Origin: a virus
Lineage: Duplodnaviria > Caudoviricetes
DNA: 64,000 bases
Strand: one strand, 5' to 3'
Virus record (IMG/VR): IMGVR_UViG_3300046495_000014
Span: 21,602-85,601 of that record
Shown here piece by piece: positions 7,925 to 17,891 of this stretch. The notes under the pieces were generated by a model. It did no database searches. It was not told the DNA's origin and saw nothing but the letters and a program-made list of their open reading frames with translations. The position numbers and the translations under genes were made by a program. Numbering within the stretch: position 1 is the first letter of the stretch; the number at the start of each line of letters is the position of its first letter.

Positions 7925-10153
7925 TTACGCCGCGGCCTTGATTACGAGAACGCCTTCGCCGATCTCGGTGTCCAGAACGATTACGTCCATCGACGGTAGC
8001 GTTCGAACTTTGATGATGCACCGGAATAGCCCCGCCGCCGTACTGTCCGGAGTGTTGCCCGATTTGTAGTCCGTCGACCAGTCTTCGATGCGCTGCGCGT
8101 CCGCGTTGTTATCTGACTTCAGTCCCTTCAGGAACGAATCGATCGTGCCGATTACGAGCCCGCGTCGCGTTCGCCCGTTGAGCTTCTTGGTGAACGGCTT
8201 GAGCCCTACCGACAAGCTATCTTGGATGAAATCCGCCATACGACGACGGGCTATGTTCTTCAGCCCCGGGTACACCGCGGGGTTTACCGACGTCACGCCG
8301 GATTCGACGATCGCAGTTCCGTCGTCGATCCGTAGAGCCGCGATGCCTGCCGCTTTGAACGCTTCATAATCGTTGATCGTCAGGTTCAGAACGTCCGGAT
8401 TCCCCTGTTCGATGTCGATCAGATTCGTCGCGAACGTCGTCTCTTGTCCCGGGTTTTCCTCGGGAGGCAACTGCGACATGATCGACGCCAGCCAGGTGTC
8501 GGAACCGACGTCGATCGTTCCGTCCGCCGTGAATCCAGCTCCGCCCGCGACGCCGACTTTAGCGATCGCCGGAATGAAAGTGTGGCCGCCGGGGAACGCG
8601 TAAACCACGCGTTGATCGCGGTACGCGCCGACGCCCGGTTGCGTCGTATCGCTGCGCGCCTGCGCCCGCGTAGTCGTCCCGAGCGGAGGGCGAATAACAG
8701 CTACGCGCCCGAACATTCCGTTGGCGGACGACAACAGCGCGTTCGACCGTAGCGCGTTACGAATCGCGTTCGACTGTCGCGCGCTAACGATGATGTTGGC
8801 CTGTTTCGCGATGCTGTTTAGATTCCGCGTCGCGTCGAACGCCGCGAGGTAGGCCGCGTCCAACGCCGGTTCGGTCAACGCCGCCGCGATCGACAGCGTG
8901 TTCGTAACAGCCCACAACCCCATGGCAACGGGCATCGCCGCGATCGTCGTAATCGCCGCCGGCAAAGCCGACGCCACAGTTCCGTCGTCGGTAGCCGGTC
9001 GGATTCGAGCCTTATACGGACCGGCTGAAGTCGCCGTCACCGCTACATCCACGGCGGTAACCCACTGATGGGTTCCAGCCGTATCCGTAACTTCGATCCC
9101 GGCGCTAAGCGTCCCGGCGGTCGCTCCCATTATCGCAGTCACGGCCGTGTCGAGCGGCGCGAATCCGAAGATCGTCGCCGCCGTACTCGTGGATACGACC
9201 TTGATCGACGGGGTGCCGGTCGTCGACTTCGACGCGATCCTCAAGTTTCCAGCCGAGTCGCGATCGATCTGCGTTCCCGACGACGCCGCGGTCACGACCG
9301 TAGCCACTTCGGCCGCCGTTACCGCCAGGATGTTTCCGACGTTCCCGGTTCCCGCCGTAATTCCAGCGGTAAGTCCGGTAGCAGTCGCCACCAGTCCGCT
9401 GATGGTTCCGATCTGCAAACTACCAGCGGTCCCGAGTACGACGCCCGACAACTTGATGCCGTTCCCGCCCGTATCCGTCGCCACCGCGTAGCTGAACGAC
9501 GCGTTGATTCGACTGATGACCTGCACCTTCGATTGGTCCGCGCTGGTGAACGTAACGACCACGGGCGCTGCGCCGTCGACCATGATTTGCAGGGTTTCGC
9601 CGCCGACGAACGTCGACGGGTAAACGCCGGTCCCGGTACGATTACCCACGGCCGCGTTGAACGTAGCCGTCGAATTCGCCGCCCCGTCGAGCGAGAACAC
9701 CAGCGTGGCTGCCGGCGCTAGGGTCCACGTCGAGTTGGCGTTGCCGAGGATGTACGGCAGCCGCGTGAACGATACTTCGCCCACCGTCGTATCGACGCGA
9801 CACAAGATCAGACGACTGAACGACTTCCCTGCTAACGCTACGTAGCCGTTGCCGTTCCAGTACTCCGGAACCGCTGCCGCGTCGGCGTTGCGAGATCGGG
9901 CGCACGGGAAGTTACCCGGTACGCCGTTGTAAACGAACCCGAACGCCCCGTATTGGGTAAGAACGTCTTGGCCGCCCATTACCTCTTGCGGGGTATACGG
10001 GCCCTTCTCAAATTCTGCGACCAAGCAAACCGTCCCGGATCCTGTTCCGATGATGGATGCAGCTGGTTCGCGGTCGATGATGACGACGCCTTCGATCGCC
10101 AGCAATTCGGCGAGCCCCGGGTCCTGCAAATAACGACGGATGAATCCGGACAT
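7925..10153 (-). CDS. Contractile tail sheath protein
   Basis: 742 aa; sheath-like C-terminus (NIARRRMADFI...PFTKKLN); AGGAG SD; TGA-TACTTT box at 10173-10178. Confidence 0.85.
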   Translation of the reverse strand: MSGFIRRYLQDPGLAELLAIEGVVIIDREPAASIIGTGSGTVCLVAEFEKGPYTPQEVMGGQDVLTQYGAFGFVYNGVPGNFPCARSRNADAAAVPEYWNGNGYVALAGKSFSRLILCRVDTTVGEVSFTRLPYILGNANSTWTLAPAATLVFSLDGAANSTATFNAAVGNRTGTGVYPSTFVGGETLQIMVDGAAPVVVTFTSADQSKVQVISRINASFSYAVATDTGGNGIKLSGVVLGTAGSLQIGTISGLVATATGLTAGITAGTGNVGNILAVTAAEVATVVTAASSGTQIDRDSAGNLRIASKSTTGTPSIKVVSTSTAATIFGFAPLDTAVTAIMGATAGTLSAGIEVTDTAGTHQWVTAVDVAVTATSAGPYKARIRPATDDGTVASALPAAITTIAAMPVAMGLWAVTNTLSIAAALTEPALDAAYLAAFDATRNLNSIAKQANIIVSARQSNAIRNALRSNALLSSANGMFGRVAVIRPPLGTTTRAQARSDTTQPGVGAYRDQRVVYAFPGGHTFIPAIAKVGVAGGAGFTADGTIDVGSDTWLASIMSQLPPEENPGQETTFATNLIDIEQGNPDVLNLTINDYEAFKAAGIAALRIDDGTAIVESGVTSVNPAVYPGLKNIARRRMADFIQDSLSVGLKPFTKKLNGRTRRGLVIGTIDSFLKGLKSDNNADAQRIEDWSTDYKSGNTPDSTAAGLFRCIIKVRTLPSMDVIVLDTEIGEGVLVIKAAA

Positions 10154-10198
10154 GAACTGTACTCCTGTCCGGAAAGTATCACGCCGCCCTGCAGGGCA

Positions 10199-10927
10199 CT
10201 AGCCCAACGTGTGGTACACGTTTCCGTCCCGTACGTTCGCTTCGCGGGGTCCGAAGTCGAGCAACACGCGCAGCCGGCGGTAGTCGATCAACGCGACTTC
10301 GGGCACCCACACTTCGACCCGTAGGTGGGCGATCCTCCGACCCGCTGCCGCCGCGCCGAAGTCGACGCTGTACCCGTCGCCGCTCACGATACTGAAGCAC
10401 GCGCCCTGGTCGAAGTACGCCGGGCATCGCAGGCACAGTTGGCCGCTGTCCGTGAAGTACCGCGTCGCGTAGCGGATCCCTTCGATAATCCCCCGCGTTA
10501 CTTCGGGCGTCGACGATATCGCCTCGACCGTCATTTGTTCGACGTAATACCCGGTGGTGAGCAGGACCGTCCCGGGGCCGTACCGGTCGATCGTGTCTTC
10601 GTCCGCTTCTGGTCTGCCCAGCGAGTACACCCACTTTTCGTCGTACGAATACGGGCCGGGAATGAATCCCACCCCGGTCAACTTCTGGTCCTCTTGCGAC
10701 TGGTCGGGGGGCGTCGGGAAGATCCGATCGCGAGGAACCTTGAAGGCCTGCGTTTCCGCGTCGGTAATCGTCCGCCGAAACACCAGCAGGCTGATGAAGT
10801 CCGCGAACCGATCCAGCGCGTGCCCCCGCGCCCCCTTGTGAGGTAACGGCCGAAGGGGCCGTTCCGGATAGGTCGCCCCTAGGTTCCGATCGACGTCTAT
10901 TAGGTCGCGCAATTCTGACAGGTTCAT
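10199..10927 (-). CDS. Tail completion/terminator-like protein
   Basis: 242 aa immediately upstream of sheath; synteny. Confidence 0.5.
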   Translation of the reverse strand: MNLSELRDLIDVDRNLGATYPERPLRPLPHKGARGHALDRFADFISLLVFRRTITDAETQAFKVPRDRIFPTPPDQSQEDQKLTGVGFIPGPYSYDEKWVYSLGRPEADEDTIDRYGPGTVLLTTGYYVEQMTVEAISSTPEVTRGIIEGIRYATRYFTDSGQLCLRCPAYFDQGACFSIVSGDGYSVDFGAAAAGRRIAHLRVEVWVPEVALIDYRRLRVLLDFGPREANVRDGNVYHTLG

Positions 10928-11466
10928 GGGGGGGTGCCGATCGCACGGGTTACTTCAGCAACTACGTATTCGCCGGTGTACCGCAAATTGCAGTCGCTCA
11001 TGATTTGCTGACCGCCGCCGCTGAATCGGTTGTGAAAGCCTTTACCAGCCGCGGCCTTCTTCGCTATCGCCCAGGCCATCGACATCGCCGCGTTCTGTGT
11101 GGCCGTCCCGTGGGCGTCGTTCTTCATCCGCAGTACCAACCCTTTACGGATTACCCACGCCGCCAGCGCCGCCAGTAACTTCCGCCCGATCTTGATGTTC
11201 GACGCCCGCACGCCGTGTTCGATAATCGCCGCCACCGGACTGTCGTTGTAGAACGCCGCCCCGTTGTCGAGCGGTTCGATCTTCCAGCCCGCGCGGTAGA
11301 TCCCGCGGTCGACCGGCTGCGGCGTGCGCGCCGGAATGATGACCGTCTGAATAGTCTGCACGCAGCGAGCCGCCGCCAGTTTACACCCGACGATCGCTTG
11401 CCTCTTACGACGTCCATCGAGTTCCCCGAAGAACGCCCCCGCGGCTTTTAGGTCGATAGTCGTCAC
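10924..11466 (-). CDS. Neck protein, HK97 gp10-like
   Basis: PVDRGIYRAGW...YNDSPVAAIIEHG motif. Confidence 0.6.
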   Translation of the reverse strand: MTTIDLKAAGAFFGELDGRRKRQAIVGCKLAAARCVQTIQTVIIPARTPQPVDRGIYRAGWKIEPLDNGAAFYNDSPVAAIIEHGVRASNIKIGRKLLAALAAWVIRKGLVLRMKNDAHGTATQNAAMSMAWAIAKKAAAGKGFHNRFSGGGQQIMSDCNLRYTGEYVVAEVTRAIGTPP

Positions 11467-11472
11467 ACCCGA

Positions 11473-11478
11473 ACGGTA
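11473..11478 (-). promoter_or_regulatory. Extended -10 box (TGG-TACCGT)
   Basis: 6 nt before GTG 11466. Confidence 0.6.
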
Positions 11479-11491
11479 CCACGCAGCCAGT

Positions 11492-11764
11492 TCAGGCGGT
11501 AACCCACCGACCGTCCCGGATGAATCCGTGGTGGCCGCACGCGCGACAAAGTACCGACGGTAACAGCGTTATCGGTTCAGCGGTTGCCAGCTGCCAGCCC
11601 ATTCCCGCAGGGCAGTGCTCACCTTCGACTGCGATCCATCCGGCATGCGCGCCCTTAGGACAGTCGTGCCAATAGGCGACGCCGGCCAATTCCCCATCGA
11701 TATATCGCTGTTCAATCGTAACCCCGGACCCGATGTCGATGATTTCGCGTTTGGTACAGTCCAC
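11492..11764 (-). CDS. Small Cys/His protein resembling DUF6527
   Basis: ITLLPSVLCRACGHHGFIRDGRWV; AGGAG SD. Confidence 0.55.
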   Translation of the reverse strand: MDCTKREIIDIGSGVTIEQRYIDGELAGVAYWHDCPKGAHAGWIAVEGEHCPAGMGWQLATAEPITLLPSVLCRACGHHGFIRDGRWVTA

Positions 11765-11783
11765 GATTATCGCTCCTAAGTTC

Positions 11784-11805
11784 GACGCCGGATCGATCCG
11801 GCGTC
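11784..11805. repeat. 22-bp palindrome copy 3
   Basis: Exact; overlaps TGA stop of 11804..12445. Confidence 0.95.
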
Positions 11806-12445
11806 AGTCCGGAACGTCCAACACGTCGTCGGCGCCCGTCGTCGGGTTACCTAACCGGTCGGTGTCGGACGACATCGGTTCGAGTACGACCGCCCACTGC
11901 GCGCCTTCTTCGTCCCGCCAGGGACTAGCGCCCAGCTTGTACCGACGGCGCATCGGCGGGTCGTCGCCGCGCCCGTCTTCCACGATCTCGTAAAAGAACA
12001 CGGTCGGATCCTGCGGCCCTAAGTAGGTCGCGATCGCCGCCGTCGACGGGCCAGGATCGCTCGTGCGCGCCTCGCACGCCGACTGGTCCGGGTAGTCGAC
12101 GGGAATTCGCACCCCGCGCAAATGGTCTTCCGTGAACCAGTACGCGCTGATCTCGTCGACGCGCACCGAGCCGTCGGCAACGATACCGATCGACAACGGA
12201 CGTCTAGTCGTCGACGTCAGATCGGCCACCCGCGGGGTCGGCAACAGTTCGATTCGGGCCCGGATGACGTCCTGGCCAGCCCCCGCCGTTTCCCCGGTCG
12301 ATTCGACCCACACCAAAAACACCCGGCGCGACCGCGTTCCGAACTTCGTATACAACTGTCGGACCCGATCTAATCGTCCCGTCAGTCGCTGCGCCAGCGT
12401 TCCCCTCGCTGCCGCAGGCCCTGGAAGCGGTCGCACGCGGGGCAC
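11804..12445 (-). CDS. Head closure/neck-like hypothetical protein
   Basis: 213 aa in neck cluster; synteny. Confidence 0.45.
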   Translation of the reverse strand: MPRVRPLPGPAAARGTLAQRLTGRLDRVRQLYTKFGTRSRRVFLVWVESTGETAGAGQDVIRARIELLPTPRVADLTSTTRRPLSIGIVADGSVRVDEISAYWFTEDHLRGVRIPVDYPDQSACEARTSDPGPSTAAIATYLGPQDPTVFFYEIVEDGRGDDPPMRRRYKLGASPWRDEEGAQWAVVLEPMSSDTDRLGNPTTGADDVLDVPD

Positions 12446-12446
12446 G

Positions 12447-12887
12447 TTATCTCTGCGCCTTCAGTAGAGTCACGCGCGCCTGCGCGTTCGCCACGACGTC
12501 GGAACGTACGTTCAAGACCTGCGACAGCGATAGTAAGTCTTCGAGCACCGTCGCGATCGCCGCGGTGAACGCCGATACGTCTAGGGTCTGGGCGTTCGCT
12601 TGGATAGCGGCCAAGATCGCGTCTTCTTCCGCCTGAAAGATCAGATCGCCCTTGATTACGATCTGCGTCAGTAGCTCCCGCTTGGCCGCCTGTTGGTCGG
12701 CGGGCAGCAACGGGATCATCGATTCCGCCGCCGTAGCTAAAACGTGGAACGTAGTCTTCGCGGATTCGGACGCCGCCTGCACAGCGTCCAGCGCGGAACT
12801 AACCTTTTGGTTGCCGCAGCCTGAAACGGGAATCACGCAGCAAACCATCACCATGAGGGCGAAGATCGCCGCAGTTATTTTGGTCAT
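12447..12887 (-). CDS. Putative lipoprotein (possible spanin-like)
   Basis: Hydrophobic N-terminus, lipobox VSGC, helical body. Confidence 0.55.
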   Translation of the reverse strand: MTKITAAIFALMVMVCCVIPVSGCGNQKVSSALDAVQAASESAKTTFHVLATAAESMIPLLPADQQAAKRELLTQIVIKGDLIFQAEEDAILAAIQANAQTLDVSAFTAAIATVLEDLLSLSQVLNVRSDVVANAQARVTLLKAQR

Positions 12888-12894
12888 CGAGTAC

Positions 12895-13293
12895 CTATCC
12901 CGCGACGCGAACGTTGACGCCCGACGTCGCTTGCAGTCGTTTGTCGAACGGGTTGCGAGGACAGCCGAGCATGTTCGACAGCGCCGCCACCCAGTAGTCG
13001 TAACTAGACACCAGTTGCTTCTGTTCTCTCGCGTTGATCTTGATTCCGCCCAGCGATTCGACTGCCATGTTCTCTAGGTCGCCGACCATCTGGCATTCGA
13101 TAGCGTCTAGGGTCGCCAAGATCTGACGGTAGCGCGGTAGCGCCGCTTCCAACAGCTTATCCATCGCCCCTTCGATGATGAACGTCGTTTCGACCGACGC
13201 CGGAGAACCCAAGACGAACGTGTACGCGTCGGCCACCTGTAGGTAACCCATGTGGTGGCGGGTCGCGATCCGTTCGTCTTCGGCTAGGGACAC
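12895..13293 (-). CDS. Head-tail adaptor-like protein
   Basis: 132 aa, helical, downstream of capsid gene; synteny. Confidence 0.5.
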   Translation of the reverse strand: MSLAEDERIATRHHMGYLQVADAYTFVLGSPASVETTFIIEGAMDKLLEAALPRYRQILATLDAIECQMVGDLENMAVESLGGIKINAREQKQLVSSYDYWVAALSNMLGCPRNPFDKRLQATSGVNVRVAG

Positions 13294-13311
13294 TGGCGTC
13301 GCCTTTCAAAT

Positions 13312-13650
13312 TCAGTCGATGATTTCGGGCGAGTAAGACTCTTCCCGCTGAAGTCGGATCCCCTGCCGTTGCAGGTGCTGGATGTCGTAGTTCAGAGAGT
13401 CGATGACCTTGCCCTCTTTTAGGTTCGTACGGAATCCCGCTTGCAGAACCGGGCCGCCGCGCACGACGACGTATCGTCGAACCTTCGGGATCTCTTCGGG
13501 CGCTGGTGCGTCCGGTAATTGCTTAGCCGTCGCGTCGGCTACTACGACCGCGGTGGCCGCGTCGTTGACGTTGGGTAGTTCGATCACGTGTTCTTCGTCG
13601 CTCAACACTGTGATGTTCTCGCCCTCTTTATCGCTTTTCTGTCTCGCCAT
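13312..13650 (-). CDS. Hypothetical protein (start reassigned to MARQKS)
   Basis: GGAGG SD before ATG 13650; TGG-TAGGGT box at 13674-13679. Confidence 0.65.
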   Translation of the reverse strand: MARQKSDKEGENITVLSDEEHVIELPNVNDAATAVVVADATAKQLPDAPAPEEIPKVRRYVVVRGGPVLQAGFRTNLKEGKVIDSLNYDIQHLQRQGIRLQREESYSPEIID

Positions 13651-13687
13651 AGTTCCTCCGATTCGGACGCCCCACCCTACCACGCTG

Positions 13688-13713
13688 CCGTCCGTCGTTC
13701 GAACGACGGACGG
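13688..13713. repeat. 26-bp perfect palindrome CCGTCCGTCGTTCGAACGACGGACGG
   Basis: Self-complementary; 8 nt upstream of an extended -10 box. Confidence 0.9.
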
Positions 13714-13836
13714 AAAATCCCGCGGCACGGGGTAACGTAGGCAGCCGCACGGGTAGAATCGGGGGACTACTTCGAGGAACGATAGGCGACGCACGCCGCG
13801 CTACTTCACCCGCGTGTCCCCCGTGCCGGAGGAAAC
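13714..13836 (-). terminator. Long stem-loop 3' of capsid gene ending in TTTT
   Basis: CGGCACGGGG pairs with CCCCGTGCCG about 90 nt away; inner GCGGGT/ACCCGT helix. Confidence 0.45.
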
Positions 13837-15225
13837 CTAGTTGAGCGCGTGCTCGATGACGATCGCGCGCTTGTAACGCTGTGGACCGCCGGTCGTAATG
13901 TCGGAGGGAACCGGGAACGAAGTCGAGATCGACCACGTAGCGGCCACGACGTCCTGAAGTCGGTTCATCGGAGCGCGAAGGATAAGCCGCACGCCGTTGG
14001 TATCGACGTTCACGCCGTTGTTGACGACCTGGAATTCGCCGACCTTACCGGTGATGCCGGCTTCGGTGACGTACTGCTTTTCATCCAACGCGCGTTCGAT
14101 CAGAGCGCCTCGACCGGTAACGACGATGCGCCCGATTCCGACGCCGCTTTCGTTGACAGTCTCAGATCCCATATCTTCGGAATACATGGCGCTCACGCCC
14201 GTCGCCGTCATGGCGCCGCTGTTCGTCGACTCAGGGGCTTCGTTGTTCAGGAAGAACGCGATGCCCGCCATCGTCCCGATGAACGCCTGTTGGTAGTAAG
14301 GCGAGTCGGGCAACGCGGTCAGTACTCGTTGGAGAGCCGGGTCCGCGAAGATCTGGCTGTTACCGTCGTTAGAAATGTGGGCGTGGTAATAGCCGTCCTC
14401 GTGCGGCATGACGTTATTCTTGCGCAACCGACTGGTAGCGTTGATCGCGTCCTGCAAGACGAACGTATCGCCGGATCCGATAGCGTCGACGGACGTTCCG
14501 CCGCCGGAGCGGATGACGAGAGGGGCGGCCACGGAAAGTACAGGGGAACGGGCGGCGCAGACTGCGCCGACGGTAGCGTCGAGCAACAGCGTGCCGGGGC
14601 CGTTCGCGTCGTCCGGATTGTCGAGATCGTACCCGATGACGTTTCGCGGACCGGTAGCGCCGGTGATCGTGATCGACAGGGGGGAAGACGGACTAACCGG
14701 GCGGGGTCGAGTGTTGACGCCCTTCGTCACGACGTCGGTAAACCCGTTGACGGAAGCTACGCGGATCGACTTCGAGCCTGACGCGGTAGCCGCGATCAGC
14801 ACGGTCTGTCCGCTGAGATACGCCTGGAACAGCGAGTTGCGCGGGATGCGGTTGATCGACATGCCCGCTTGGATTCCCAGCTGATGGATGTTCCGAAGGA
14901 ACTGATCGCTATTGCTAACGACGCTGGTGGGAATGTGGGTGTCGATCGTCGACGCGTAACGGCCGAGGGTAGCGCCCCACTGTTCGTACGATACGACCTG
15001 CGGAGTCGGATCCTGGCCTACTGCCAGCGACTTGGTGACGGGGGTAAGCAGACCGGGGCGAGTCATGAAGATCTCGGTGCCGGTGTTCGCGGGCCACTCT
15101 TCCCACGCGGCTTCGGCGCGATACAGCAACGACGGGACTAGGCCGTCGTGAAATGCGCGTTCCAGAAGACCAGACTGCACCAACTCCAACACTGCGGGAG
15201 GAACCCCAACGATCAAACCAGCCAT
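13837..15225 (-). CDS. Major capsid protein (resembles N4 gp56-like family)
   Basis: 462 aa, strong AGGAG SD, long 5' UTR, upstream of neck genes. Confidence 0.8.
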   Translation of the reverse strand: MAGLIVGVPPAVLELVQSGLLERAFHDGLVPSLLYRAEAAWEEWPANTGTEIFMTRPGLLTPVTKSLAVGQDPTPQVVSYEQWGATLGRYASTIDTHIPTSVVSNSDQFLRNIHQLGIQAGMSINRIPRNSLFQAYLSGQTVLIAATASGSKSIRVASVNGFTDVVTKGVNTRPRPVSPSSPLSITITGATGPRNVIGYDLDNPDDANGPGTLLLDATVGAVCAARSPVLSVAAPLVIRSGGGTSVDAIGSGDTFVLQDAINATSRLRKNNVMPHEDGYYHAHISNDGNSQIFADPALQRVLTALPDSPYYQQAFIGTMAGIAFFLNNEAPESTNSGAMTATGVSAMYSEDMGSETVNESGVGIGRIVVTGRGALIERALDEKQYVTEAGITGKVGEFQVVNNGVNVDTNGVRLILRAPMNRLQDVVAATWSISTSFPVPSDITTGGPQRYKRAIVIEHALN

Positions 15226-15395
15226 GACATTGCTCCTTTAGAATAAACGGGAAACGGTCGACGCCTGCGCGCCTGTTGCTTCGCCGCTACGTTCCCCGGG
15301 GAGCCACCTAGTTTTAACCGCCTGGTGGAAAGCGGGGGGTGGGGTGCCGTACCGACTACGAATCTGAACCTATCTGATACCCGACCGGATCGCAA

Positions 15396-15707
15396 CTAAG
15401 GACTTTTGAGGGGTTGCCCGTTCGGGTCGGCGGGTTGGTAGGGGACGACGTTGTTCGCGGCCCGCTGGTACGCGATAGGCAGGCGCCCGAATACGACGAG
15501 CGCGATCCCCTGAACTATCAGCCACGGGTCGGCGGGGAGTATCCCGCGCACCAGCTTTAGCCACCCAGCGCGTCGTGGGTTCCGGTAGCACCAGGCGTCG
15601 ATCTGCGACTTCCGTCCGACAGCGACCATCAGAACTAAGTAGAGGACGAACAAGCCGACGTTACGTTGGACGGTAGGGTTCGACGCTAGGGCTAATAGGT
15701 GGGGCAT
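15396..15707 (-). CDS. Membrane protein, possible holin
   Basis: 103 aa, two hydrophobic segments; TACGAT box (15714-15719) 6 nt before ATG. Confidence 0.5.
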   Translation of the reverse strand: MPHLLALASNPTVQRNVGLFVLYLVLMVAVGRKSQIDAWCYRNPRRAGWLKLVRGILPADPWLIVQGIALVVFGRLPIAYQRAANNVVPYQPADPNGQPLKSP

Positions 15708-15746
15708 CCGCCCATCGTAACGATCCGGTGCGAACTGGCAAGCGAC

Positions 15747-15768
15747 GACGCCGGATCGATCCGGCGTC
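15747..15768. repeat. 22-bp palindrome copy 4
   Basis: Exact; 3 nt after stop of 15772 gene. Confidence 0.95.
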
Positions 15769-15771
15769 AGC

Positions 15772-17466
15772 CTACGGTCGTTGACTGACGTACACCCCTT
15801 GTCCGAGCGGCGTTATGTACCAATCGTATGTTGAAACGTCAGCCGTAGATGTACTCAACGCGCGAAACCCTGTCGTGGTTCGATTCGCAGTGGGAGCCGA
15901 AACCGATGCCGTAGGTACACCACCAGCGTCATCGCGTTCGGTAAGCATTAGTCGTTGTCGAGTCCAATCCACGAACGGTACGGCAACGTTCACATATCCG
16001 GGTGCGGTTCCGCCGATCGTTAGGGTTCCAGACAACGCACCGTCCGAATAAAGCGTGGCTGCCGCCCAGGTCAACGACGAATACGTCGTGCTGGACGACT
16101 GAGCTTGAACCGCGGTCGTTCCGAGTACGTTCAAAATCCCCGTCGGGGTTACCTTCACCAGCTGGGTGTTGGCGCGTAGTCGAACGCCGATCAAGTTATC
16201 CCGCCCCGAAATACTCCCGTCGACCGTAACAGACGCCCCGTCTTCTAATTCCAACGCTACGTCCGGAGCGTCGAAGAACTGCGAATCCATAAAGACGATG
16301 CTTCCGGATTCGCAGCGCAACCGCACGCCCTGCACAATTGAATTCGAAATATACGACGGAGAATGCGCCCCGATCCCAACGTACGATAGGGAATTGGCAG
16401 CCGCTACGGATCCGACCAACAGACTGTTCAGTACGGAACAACCGGCGGGTAACAACTCGTGCATCGGTCTTACGTACGATCCGCAATAGAACGGATTCCC
16501 GTTAGTGATAGCGTCGCCGCCGTACATGTCGCATGTGCAGCTGCACCCCCACGTGTAGGTACCACCAGATCCACCGTATAACCCCAGGCCGCCGGTAATC
16601 GATAACAATTGGATCGTAGTATAAGACCCACCGTTCGCGTAAAGGTACGCCCCGGCGTTCACAATATTCAGATGAACGAACGTCGGAAGAACAGGGATGA
16701 TCCAATTGTCGTTTACCGACCACGTACCACCCGATGTGTAAATATCGATCGGTACCGACACCCGCGCTACGTTGTTCCCCAGCCCGTGGGGATTAGCTTT
16801 GGCGATAACAGCGACTGACCCCGTAGTCGCGTTTAGCATTACTTTTCCCACGTAGGGGGTAAGGTCAGCCACACCCGTAACGGTAACGTGAGTTCCAACG
16901 GGGGTCGTTCCGGTATGCGAAACCGGTGAAAATGCCGATACTTTACCAGCTGCCAAATTGGCGTATCCCTCGCCCACGATGTCGAATTCGATTCCGCTAG
17001 CCACGAGCGCGTACGTCAGGAACAACGACCCGTAACTTCCAGGCCTAACGTGAATGACGACTGTGTGGTCCCATTGGATCACATCGAATCCGAGGCGGTG
17101 GTTCAACTCTTCCGCCGTCCGCAATGCGGATCCCAAACTTGTCCCGGTATTGCTATCGTTTCCGTTTGATGAATCGAGATACCAGTCGGTTACTGCCCAA
17201 GCGTTACTATATCGGCTGTACTCACTTTGGACGCTAGCGCGCGGTTGCGCACAACAACCCGGCTTCGTCTATCGTACCGCCGCGCAATCTCAGAATCGTG
17301 ATCATCGACGCTGCCGCGGCTAACGCGGGGTTGGGCGTCGGTTCGAGTATCGCCCCGCCGACAGTAGTTTCGCGATCGGATCGACCAGCGAATCAACAAT
17401 CGCGCCCGGCCACAATCGCGATCCACCCGCTATTTGAACCGAATTGATTAGGTAGTAGGTGGTCAT
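15772..17466 (-). pseudogene. Fibre/beta-helix-like virion protein with three -1 frameshifts in its 5' part (or local sequence errors)
   Basis: ATG 17466 MTTYYLINS is paralogous to 23397; the frame continues WYLDSSNGNDSNTG upstream of the track's TTG 17136; three single-base insertions restore a 565-aa ORF. Confidence 0.6.
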
Positions 17467-17521
17467 CGGGTGGGGGAAGCTCCTTCCCTCCACCCTACCA
17501 AACCTAGTCCCCCGGCACTAC
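17341..17521 (-). repeat. Duplicated promoter plus N-terminal coding cassette, copy A
   Basis: 33-bp identical promoter block (17489-17521) and about 125 bp of near-identical coding sequence shared with 23271-23445. Confidence 0.9.
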
Positions 17522-17525
17522 GCGC

Positions 17526-17891
17526 CTAGCCAACGTCCGCGAACGACAGCGGATCCGGGACTACTTCGAACATGTAGTTGTCCTTTTGCGACGTCGCCCA
17601 GGCCGCCCCGTCCACAGTCAACGTTCCGCGCCCGCCTAGTTCGCAGTGCCCGATCTGGTTCGCCTGCAAGATGTAGGTGAAGACGTACACCCCGATGCTG
17701 TTCCGGAGCAACGCTTTGCCTAGTTCAGTCGGCGCCCCGTACACCGTCGCGTCTTCCCGCCCGTCTTCGCTTCGGATCGACGCGATAAACGGAACGGGAT
17801 CGAATAGCTCCATCGCGCCCGATACGGAATTCCGGCGTCGGCAAAAGAACGTGTATTGCAGCGTTGACCCCACCTTGTACTGGTCGCTCAT
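17526..17891 (-). CDS. Small beta-rich structural protein (start reassigned to MSDQYK)
   Basis: ATG overlaps TGA of fibre gene; 121 aa. Confidence 0.65.
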   Translation of the reverse strand: MSDQYKVGSTLQYTFFCRRRNSVSGAMELFDPVPFIASIRSEDGREDATVYGAPTELGKALLRNSIGVYVFTYILQANQIGHCELGGRGTLTVDGAAWATSQKDNYMFEVVPDPLSFADVG

